A stretch of DNA of 63,043 nucleotides, the filler included, from Octopus bimaculoides (taxonomy: Eukaryota), in the NCBI RefSeq assembly GCF_001194135.2. It is 4 parts of 4 records of this genome, joined end to end, with 100 filler letters (N's around TTAATTAATTAA, not from the genome) between each part and the next. Parts side by side here need not be neighbours in the genome. Positions count along the whole stretch, not along the records: positions 1 to 26,116 come from NC_068985.1; 3 more parts are not named here. One strand, written 5' to 3'. The translations under genes were made by a program, and so were the position numbers. Positions 11,770-21,494 of the stretch are shown one piece after another (positions within the stretch are counted from its first letter, which is position 1; each line of letters begins with the position of its first letter). The notes below the pieces were generated by a model. That model saw only the letters and a program-made list of their open reading frames with translations, searched no databases and was not told the DNA's origin.

Positions 11770-11867
11770 GTAATTTGAAATACTGGGAAAATGATTTCAA
11801 CTATGGCATGACTTTCGCTTCTGGAACCATGTTGCTTCCTGTTATATTTTTGGCTTACACAAAATTG
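11770..11867 (+). CDS. TM7SF3: TM7SF3 exon (TM helix)
   Basis: actccAG|11770 to 11867|GTaagt, 98 nt, phase 1 to 0. GNLKYWENDFNYGMTFASGTMLLPVIFLAYTKL (FTPxGNL motif across the junction). Confidence 0.93.
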
Positions 11868-12599
11868 GTAAGTAAAATAAGGAATCGCAAATGAGATGAT
11901 TGCAAGTATCCTGCTTTAGATTCTTTAATTATTTTCATATCTTATCGTTACATATAAATAAGTTTTTCTTACTTGTGAATAACTATTTAGGTTCTGTATT
12001 TAAACCTTGCCAAGGTAAACTTTGTTCTCATTCTTCCAAGGTTGATAAACTACCGTTTCAGTTCTGAGGTTGATTTAATCAAAGAATCCCTTCCTCCAAA
12101 GTTCCAGCCCAAATTCTAAATTCTAATTATCTTTTATCTCTTACCTGTTTCAGTCGTTGAACTGAGTCCATCCTGGGGCACTGCCTTGAAGAATTTTTGG
12201 TTGAAATGAATTGACCCCCAGCACTTTTTTTTAAGTGTGGTACTTGTTTTATTGGTCTCTTTTGTAAGAACCTCTAAATTATGGAGATGTAGACAAACCA
12301 ACATCAGTGGTTAACCAGTGGTGGGAGACAAACAGACACAAAAACACACACACATGTATGTGTGTGTGTATATATATATATATACATATATATTCTTTTA
12401 CTTGTTTCAGTCATTTGACTGTGGCCATGCTGGAGCACTGCCTTTAGTTGAACAAATTGACCCCAGGACTTACTCTTTGTAAGCCTAGTACTTATTCTAT
12501 CGGACTCTTTTGCCGAACCACTAAGTTGCAGGGATTTAAACACACCAACATCGATTGTCAAGCAATGGTGGGGGTCAAACACAGACACACACATAGGTA

Positions 12600-13410
12600 T
12601 ATATATCCTTGGCATTAAATGGCAGAATCGTGTCCCCAACAAAGATGTCCTCAAGCAAGCAGGAATACCAAGCATGTTTGCACTCCTCACACAAAGACAT
12701 ATGAGAGGGCTTGGACATGTTAGTCATGTGGAAGATGGTAGAATCTCCAAGGATATACTCTACGGAGAGCTTGCTAGGGGCACTAGGTCTGTGGGAAGAC
12801 CATTCTTATGATACAGTGAAATATTGGCCGTGATTGCGGAGGACATGCGTAGGCTCAAAAGAAATGAAGCTAGCATGATCTGCTTGATGTGTAATGTCAG
12901 TGTGCACACACGACAGAGTGTAATTGCTCTGAGAGAAATGTTGGCCTCACAGAGACAATGACGAAAGACCAAGACCTCTGGAGATATGCTGTGACTGCAA
13001 AGACCCGGCAAATAAAGTGAGGAGACCTATTGAGTCAAGTACATCAACATCAAAATAAAAATCAAATGAAAATTGTAGTTGTGATACCCGTGCCAGTGGC
13101 ACGTAAAAAGCACCATCCGAACGTGCCGATGCCAGCGCCGCCATTGACTGGCTTCTGTGCCGGTGGCACATAAAAAGCACCAACTGATCGTGGCCGTTCC
13201 CAGTTTATTTTGGCGCCTGTGCCGGTGGCATGTAAGAAGCACCCACTACACTCACAGAGGGGTTGGTGTTAGGAAGGGCATCCAGCTGTAGAAACACTGC
13301 CAGATCAGACTGGAGCCTGGTGCAGCCTCCTGGCTTCCCAGATCCTGATCAAACTATCCAACCCATACCAGCATGGAAAACAGACGTTAAACAATGATGA
13401 TGATGATGAT
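12600..13410 (+). mobile_element. Composite of a BovB-like RTE C-terminal fragment (about 12600-12815) and an internally deleted RTE 3' end with UTR and (GAT)n tail
   Basis: First part LGIKWQNRVPNKDVLKQAGIPSMFALL..GHVSHVEDGRISKDILYGEL. Second part EDMRRLKRNEASM..CNVSVHTRQS..MTKDQDLWRYAV..* followed by the common 3' UTR. Confidence 0.8.
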
Positions 13411-13474
13411 GATGTATATGTATTTGTGTGTATATATATATTACAGTTTCTTGTTTTGCTTCCTTGTTTTACAG

Positions 13475-13637
13475 TTGAATATCATATGCTGTGCTCTTGT
13501 CGGATCCTATGCGATAGTGTTTTCAATCGATATCCTCACATATGGCATCATTAGGTACATATTCCTGAACTCATTCCACCACATGATCTATGCCGACTTC
13601 AATAAAGCACTGGTAGTAACACCATTTCAGAAAAATG
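13475..13637 (+). CDS. TM7SF3: TM7SF3 exon (TM helix and loop)
   Basis: gttttacAG|13475 to 13637|GTaagt, 163 nt, phase 0 to 1. LNIICCALVGSYAIVFSID...VVTPFQKN (LNIxxCxxxGSY and PFQxN motifs). Confidence 0.95.
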
Positions 13638-13739
13638 GTAAGTTTCCTGTTTTTTCTTTTTCAATATTACCACCACCCTCATCACCACCCTCATCGTTGC
13701 CCTTATCTCTGCCATCTCTATTATCATTAATCTTTTTAG

Positions 13740-14060
13740 GAGTGAAGGCCTGTGCCTTAATAGTTAGTGTATTCGGCTCATGATCATAAGATTGTGAGTT
13801 CAATTCCCAGTGGCACAACATTGAGCGAGACACTTTATTTCACGTCGCTCCAGTCCACTCAACTGGCAAAAGTGAGTTGTACCAGTAATTAAAAGGGCCA
13901 GCCTTGTCACATCCTGTCACACTGAATCTCCCTGAGAACTATGTTAAGGGCATGTATGTCTGTGGAGTGCTCAGCCACTTGCACATTAATTTCACGGCTG
14001 TTCCATTGATCAGATTGACTGAAAGCCTCATTGTTATAACTGACAGAGTGCCAGCTATAT
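13740..14060 (+). mobile_element. tRNA-derived SINE, family C (a related copy at about 19740-20045 -)
   Basis: Head with B box gagttcaattcc, then the core gacactttatttcac..gctccagtccactc, whose reverse complement occurs at about 19940-19985. Confidence 0.65.
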
Positions 14061-14314
14061 TCTTTTTAGCTCTTACAATTGTACAATTTCCATTTTTTTT
14101 TTAATTATTAAATAGCAGTATTCAATATATTATATTTACAATATAATGAAAACAATATTATTTGCTAATTATTATTTACTTTGGCCTGTCTTAATGTTTT
14201 TTTTTTTTCCAACTGTTTTCCTTCGATTGGATGTTCACTCCAGCTGTCTTTTGATTGGTATTCATCTTCGTTGATTTAGCATCCACTTCTCTTTGCTTAC
14301 ATAGATAAGACTCA

Positions 14315-14722
14315 CCACAAGGTCCAGCCCTTGTTGCAGTGTAGTGGCTTAGATTCCTCAGTGTGACCCTAAGAGAGCTGTGTCAAAGCAGTGCAAGCTC
14401 TTGGTAGGGTTCCTCCCCACCATACTGGACTGGTCAAAGGACGGAGGCCAGACTAATATGGATCACCTCTTCTGAGAGATAAAAATAGGTTTGCATTGAG
14501 TCAACATGCCTCCCTAGAGAAAGAAATACAAAGTTACAGAAGCATTGAAGACAATTCAGAATCAGCATGACCTGGGAGATGAAGGCCTTCCCTCAGGAAT
14601 GTGGGTGTACTCTCAGCCCCCTATCCCACATACTGAGGGAGTGGCCCTGAAGACAGGAACTAGAGCAGTAGGGAGAAGCTGTTGATGGTCTATGCTCCAT
14701 AGGAAGCAAAAGGCTAGGTTAG
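14315..14722 (+). mobile_element. Short RTE-derived non-autonomous element (5' UTR-like part plus extreme 3' end)
   Basis: The 3' end reads EQ*GEAVDGLCSIGSKRLG*, an RTE C-terminal GLCS motif. The 5' part gctcttggtagggt..ggtcaaagg..gccagactaa resembles RTE 5' UTRs as I recall them. Confidence 0.5.
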
Positions 14723-15688
14723 ATAGAATTTGTTGCAGCAGATGTTCTGTAGCCAGATGTCCTTCCTATCTCCAAGCCTCATCTGTTTCCAACCCAGATT
14801 ATTTTTGCTGTTGGTCACTCATTTTTCTCAGAAGAATAACTTTTCTTGTTTGATAGTGATGCTTCTTTACAGCCACCACATCATCTCAAGACAAGTACAC
14901 ACTCACACACATACATAATAGGCTTCTTTCAGATTCTGTCTATAGCAGCCAATAGGTTTTGGTCTGCCAGGAGCTATAGTCAGAGACACTTGTCTAAGGT
15001 GCTGCTATGCAGTGGGACTGAACTTGAAACCATAGGATTCGAAAATAAGCTTCTTAACCTCACAACTACAATCATCATCATCATCGATTAACGTCCGTTC
15101 TCCATGCTGGCATGGATTGATGCATGTAGCAATTGTCTTCCAGGCTATTGTCCCCTGGAAACATTTAAGATGATGAGCATCCAAGATGAGAGAAACCAAT
15201 ATTAATCTAAAGAATACAGCTTAGCATATTAGTGACAATATTGGTTTCAAATCTGGCATGAAGCCAGTGATTTCAGGGGATGGGGTAAGTCGATTACATC
15301 AATCCCAGTATATAACTGGTACTCATTTAATCGACTTTGAAAGAATGAAAAGCAAAGTTGACCTTGGTGGAATTTGAACTCAGAATGTAAAGCCCAATGA
15401 AATGACTAAGTATTCTGCCCAGCATGCTAATGGTTCCGCCAGCTCGCTGCTCTAGAGACAATATCATTAGTGAATGTTAGCTTGATATCAAATCCAATTC
15501 TCATTGCCTCTAATCTAAAATAATAAGTTTTACAGACTTGGTATAGTTATAGGTTACGAGTTCAAACCGTAGGTTTGGAATATTACTTGAAAATGTCTTG
15601 AGAAAATATCAATGAAAACATTATGTTAAATGTTGTCCTGGACATCACAGATGAAACAAGCACCAACACTTTTCCATTCTCTTTCCAG

Positions 15689-15981
15689 ATATCATTCTTG
15701 CTGGGCTTTGGGTTGGTTTCTTCGTTGCCGGTGTTATATTCCAGTTGTACTCTGAAAAAGGAAGAGCTCCGTTTCCACCAGCCAATAACGTTTTCTGTTG
15801 CCAAAATGGAAATGAACCCCACCGACCACGAGTTGGTAACGAACGTGAACCTCTCCTACCAGATAATCCTCCAATCGGCAGATATGGAACAGTCGGAAGG
15901 GTTGTTCCCCCCAACCAACAACCATATCCGTCCTATACTGTTATTCCAGGTTTTACTACATCAGCTCCAGCACCAAAATGA
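15689..15981 (+). CDS. TM7SF3: TM7SF3 terminal coding exon (last TM helix and cytosolic tail)
   Basis: ctctttccAG|15689, phase 1. DIILAGLWVGFFVAGVIFQLYSEKGRAPFPP...EREPLL...APAPK, stop TGA at 15979-15981. Confidence 0.93.
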
Positions 15982-17302
15982 GCTCTGATATGTCTGTTTG
16001 TCTTTCAGAATCATTTGTTTTCTAGTTAATACCTTTTAGACTCTGTTGATTGAAATGCATTTGAAAAGTGTCCTGTGTAAAACAGTGTTGTATGTACTGT
16101 GAGTGTGTGTTTGTAAGTGTCTACATGTGGATGCATATGTCTGTATACATACACACACACACACCCATGTATAAGAAGATAATTTTATAACTTTGTTAAA
16201 CCAAAAGGCAATTTTGTTAAACTGAAGAGCAAAAATAAAAATAGGACTGCAGCTGGAAGTGCTCAGGTGACACTGAGGTAAAAGGAGAAATAAATTGAAA
16301 GGTATAATGACTAAACATTCCAATCAGTTAAAACAACTTTGTATCATTCCCAAATTATCATAAATCGAATATAAATATATATTAAAAGATCAGGGCACCC
16401 AATGGTAAAAGCCAACAGTATAAAATATGCAGATATACACAAATAAAAGGTAATAAAACCTAAAAGGGTTTTACGAGTGAAGTTGAATGAAGAAAAATAT
16501 ATGAAATAAATTCATGCGTAATAAAGATGACTAGAAATTTAAGGCAGTCAAGCTAAAATAATATAAATATATAAAAATACAAGAGTATAAATATAAAAAA
16601 TAAAGTGTAAGGAAACCAGAACAGAGTCCATTGATGCCCAACTCTACGATCGTTTCAAAGGATGCTGCTTCACATTGTTCATGTACAATCCATTAAGGAA
16701 ATCCAACAGTAACACCTTTTTATCAGGTGAAAACTTCACATTTCTCGTTATTCCATTATTTGTGTATATGTGTATATTTTATACTATTGGGTTTTACCAA
16801 TGGGTGCCCTATTATTTCAATATATATTTATATTCGATTTTTTATAATTTGGGAACGATATAAAGTTGTTTTGACCGATTGGAGTGTTTATTCATTATAC
16901 CTTTCAATTTATATATATATGTATATATACTTTAAATAATCAGAAGATGGAGAAAATTTTAGATCAACAAACAAACAAATTGGACCACATCTGTAGATTA
17001 TTTTCTAATACTAAAAACATGACATAACATTTCTGTGACATGTTACATCATGTTTATTATTAAAAAATAATCTACAGATGTGGTCCAAATTGATTGTCAT
17101 CATTTAAATTTGATTCCTGATAAACTTTTGTTTATTCTGTTGTTACCTGTACCCTACGACCATAGTGTGCCTGCATACCCAGGCCCAGGGATAGCATAGG
17201 TAACTGATACCAATAGTAAATACGGATATTTTATTTCTTAGTCGGTCACTATAACTGCTAATTCTGTTTACCTTTGTGTATATATATATATATATATATA
17301 TA

Positions 17303-18025
17303 TCATCATCATCATCATCATCATCATCATCGTTTAACGTCCGCTTTCCATGCTAGCATGGGTTGGACGATTTGACTGAGGACTGGTGAAACCGGATGGC
17401 AACACCAGGCTCCAGTCTGATTTGGCAGAGTTTCTACAGCTGGATGCCCTTCCTAACGCCAACCACTCAGAGAGTGTAGTGGGTGCTTTTACGTGTCACC
17501 CGCACGAAAACGGCCACGCTCGAAATGGTGTCTTTTATGTGCCNNNNNNNNNNNNNNNNNNNNNNNNNNNNNNNNNNNNNNNNNNNNNNNNNNNNNNNNN
17601 NNNNNNNNNNNNNNNNNNNNNNNNNNNNNNNNNNNNNNNNNNNNNNNNNNNNNNNNNNNNNNNNNNNNNNNNNNNNNNNNNNNNNNNNNNNNNNNNNNNN
17701 NNNNNNNNNNNNNNNNNNNNNNNNNNNNNAAAGGTCTCGGTCCGTAGTCATCGCCTCGGTGAGGCCCAATGTACGAAGGTCTTGCCTCACCACCTCAGCC
17801 CAGGTCTTCCTGGGCCTACCTCTTCCACGGGTTCCCTCAACTGTTAGGGTGTGGCACTTTTTCACGCAGCTATCCTCCTCCATTCTCACCACATGTCCAT
17901 ACCAGCGCAATCGTCTCTCTTGCACGCCACAACTGATGCTTCTAATGTTCAGCTTTTCTCTCAAGATACTTACACTCTGACGGGTATTCACATTGACATT
18001 ACACATCCAACGGAGCATACTGGCT
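17303..18025 (-). mobile_element. Young RTE LINE 3' end (open C-terminal ORF, UTR, (GAT)n tail), spans gap 17544-17729
   Basis: ORF MLRWMCNV..ERRLRWYGHVVRMEEDSCVKKC..GRGRPRKTW has no stops before the gap. The tail (CAT)n is at 17303-17330. Confidence 0.9.
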
Positions 18026-18277
18026 TATATATATATATAAAATTGCTGCTTGGGACATTGTTTTTCGCTTTGCAGTCAAAATACACTTCCACGTATATTA
18101 GAGGTTTGTAAGTAACTTAAAAGTGATTAGATTGCATTGCTAACACAGAAGTAGGGCACAATATTGATTTATAAACATTTAGCATACTTATTATGGTTGC
18201 AAAGCGAAATACAATGTCCTTACCAGCAATTAACATATACATATGTATATGAATTCGTATATGTATATATGTATATA

Positions 18278-18308
<31 letters not shown>

Positions 18309-20752
18309 TTCGTGCGGGTGACACGTAAAAGCACCCACTACACTCTCTGAGTGGTTGGCGTTAGGAAGGGCATCCAGCTGTAGAAACTCTGCCAAATTAG
18401 ATTGGAGCCTGGTGTAGCCATCCGGTTTCACCAGTCCTCAGTCAAATCGTCCAACCCATGCTAGCATGGAAAGCGGACGTTAAACGACGATGATGATGAT
18501 GATGATGATATATATATGCACGTATGTGTATACATGTGCATGTGCACAGTCTCTCTCTCTCTCTCTCTCTCAAAATTTCATATATTTGCCATGGGTGTGG
18601 TAAACTTGATCCATGGAAAACTTAATTACAGGAATCAAATCAAATTGCTGCAGTTATAAATATTTGAGTATTCCCTTCCCGACCAAACGGTTTCAGATTT
18701 CTGTCCCACTGCATGAAACCTTGGGTGAGTGTCTTCAACCATAGCACAAGTCGGACCTGGTGTGTGTGTGTGTGTGTGTGTTTACATGTGTATAAGCTGT
18801 GTATATGTACATGTACACCCACACATGCACAAACATACAATGGGCTTCTTTTAGTTTCTATCTATCAATTCCCCTTATGAGGCTTTTGTCAACCCAGTGC
18901 TATGGTAGAAGACACTTGCCCAAGTTACTACACATACACATATAAGTGCAGGCGTGGCTGTGTGGTAAGAAGCTTGCTTCCCAACCACATGGTTCCAGGT
19001 TCAGTCCCACTGCATGGCATCTTGGGAAAGTGTCTTCTACTATAGCCTCAAGCCAACCAAAGCCTTGTGAGTGGATGTGGTAGATGCAAACTGAAAGAAG
19101 CCTGTCATGTGTGTGTGTGTGTGTGTTTGTCTCCCCAACATTACTTGACAACCAATGCTGTTGTGTTTAAGTCCCCATAACTTAGCGGTTCAGCAAAAGG
19201 GACCAATAGAATAAGTACGAGGCTTACAAAGAATAAGTCCTGGGGTCGATTTAATGGTGGTGCTCTGGCATGGCCACACTTAAATGACTGAAACAAGTAA
19301 AAGAATAAAAGAATTCACACACACACACATCGAAACTAGAGATTGGAATAAATTTTTGGTATTGATTCACTACTACAAATGTTTCATTTGCTAATCAGAG
19401 TTACAAAATGGTAAATGTAGGAGAAACATGTAAGATTTCTCCTGATAGAAATTGCTCAGACAGAGAATCAAATAATATTTGATTTTCTGAATGAGAGTGA
19501 ATAAATTCTTTCACAATCTCCTGTTTTGATAATGTAATTACTCTGCAAAATTCTATTTTCCAGTCGTTATGAACTGTTATGTACGCCTCACACAATAAAT
19601 TACACATAACATCTATGTGTAATTTTGGAATACTGGAATACACAGATGTGCTTCACAAGGACACAGCTTGGATTATAACTCTATCTATACACACACACAC
19701 ACACACACATATACACAAACACATATTGTGTGTGTGACCTCTTTCGGTCATGAATGACCATGGGATTGCACCTAGAAAATTACCCTCTGAGACACAAGTC
19801 CGGGCGATGTTGTTTATGGAAGACCAGTGGTCACCCATGCATACCGGCCTCCCCTTTCAACACCACCGATGTTATCCAAGGGAAAGGCAAAGGGGCCGAT
19901 TACAGCTTGGCACCTGTGACGTTGCTGCTCATTTCTACAGCTGAGTGAACTGGAGCAACATGAAATAAAGTGTCTTGCTCAAGAACACAACATGCAGCCT
20001 CACGATTGTAAGCTCGATGCTCTAATCATTGAGCCATGCACTTTCATATATATATATATATATATATACAGATATAATATACATACACATGCACACACAC
20101 ACTCTCACACACATATATACATGCAATGTATATTCTAAATTAATGATTCTTTTTACGTAAGTTATATAATGGATGAAACATTGGTTTTTTTTATCTGATA
20201 TTTTATAAAATCAAACGATGTGATATTAAGCCCTATTTTTGAGATATTAATCTTTGTAAATATGCTTTGTTTAAAAATTTGAGTTGTAAAACCAAAATCT
20301 TAATAATTTGTTTTAAAAACTAAAACTGAAGGAAACACTTGTGGTTTCAATTGCACTTTTGTTCTCTGTTGATTCATCTTCATACATTCCATTTCATGTT
20401 TGTATTTAGATGTTTCTTGATGATATGAATGATATTAAAACTATAAAAATATTATTAATCATTTCATTCAGAAAAGTTATGATAAATCATTTTCCAAAAT
20501 ATTTTTGGGGAATATATTTTGTGAAAAGACCAAATACAGTCAGTTCCTAATTGAATTGACCAATTCTATGATGAATGCAACATTTAACATTATAAGGTTG
20601 CGGTGGAAATAAATTTGTGTTTTCATTGAAATCATTGTATATACATTTTCAAATTTTTGGCTGTAAATAACCAAGTGGCAACTGTTAAATTGTGTAAGTT
20701 CAAATGTGTTTTTACTATTTTTGAAATATCAGCAATGAGAAGCAGACATTCA

Positions 20753-21494
20753 CCCTTTAGCATTGAAACTGGCCATATCCAGCTAAAATATTCTACCTGT
20801 TTTAAGTTTGATCTGACCTCTCATCAGATTACACCTTACAGTGTAATTTTCAAAATAACACTGGTCAACAAAATGAAACTTTTTTTAATCATCAGAGTTG
20901 CTGATTGACTTTTCTGGCTAAATTTTTGATGCTGATTACGAATCTGAAGCCCAATTTCCTCTATCGGGTCACATTTTCATGCTAATGATACCTACTGTTT
21001 TAACTTATAGGATACGTAAAGCATGTCTATATAAAGTATATTGAATACAAGATACGATCATTTCATGGCTTTTTATTGTACAAAATTAAAATTATTGTGT
21101 ACAAATAAGTTAGAATACTCTTAAATGCATAACAACTTAAAATCTTTGGGATTTGGACTTTCTCTAGTGTTTTGTCTCAGGTTCATCCCTGTATAACATC
21201 CAACAGTAGTCAGCTAACATTCCTGCATTCCAAAATCCTTGATATCGTTGTTTCATAGATGCAATATCTTGAAAGTGTTCCATTTGCTCATCAAACACTG
21301 CTCCAAGGTTCTCTACAAAAAAAGTCCAAATGTGAACCAAGGAAATGGACTTTTAGTGACATCCGACAGCCCATTGCAGCGTAGGAGTCTAGAAGACATT
21401 TCACTCCATTTCTAAACTCTAGAAACTTCAAATATGCTACCTGTAAAACAGGTAGCATATTTGAGCTGATATGACAGGTTTAAATGCTAAACGG
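20753..21494. mobile_element. piggyBac-type MITE carrying a nested insertion (related: complete copy 22529-22703, right end 25070-25140)
   Basis: Left terminus CCCTTTAGCATTGAAACTGGCCATATCCAGC and right terminus GCTGATATGACAGGTTTAAATGCTAAACGG|TTAA. TTAA flanks also occur at 22525-22528 and 25141-25144. CCC/GGG ends with TTAA are the piggyBac signature. Confidence 0.7.
20859..21427 (-). mobile_element. Chapaev3-like (CMC) DNA transposon 3' end with transposase remnant
   Basis: Minus strand gives LLDSYAAMGCRMSLKVHFLGSHLDFF/VENLGAVFDEQMEHFQDIASMKQRYQGFWNAGMLADYCWMLYRD with one frameshift in a T7 run. The terminus CACTGGTCAACAAAA is preceded by TAA. The family name comes from my recall of this motif. 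Confidence 0.68.

Noticed and set aside
17376-17395. CTGAGGActggtGAAAC hammerhead-like core in RTE tails
   Set aside because: No stem II can form, it is antisense to the element, and it is not conserved in sister copies (for example 25296 reads ctgaaaactggtaagc).
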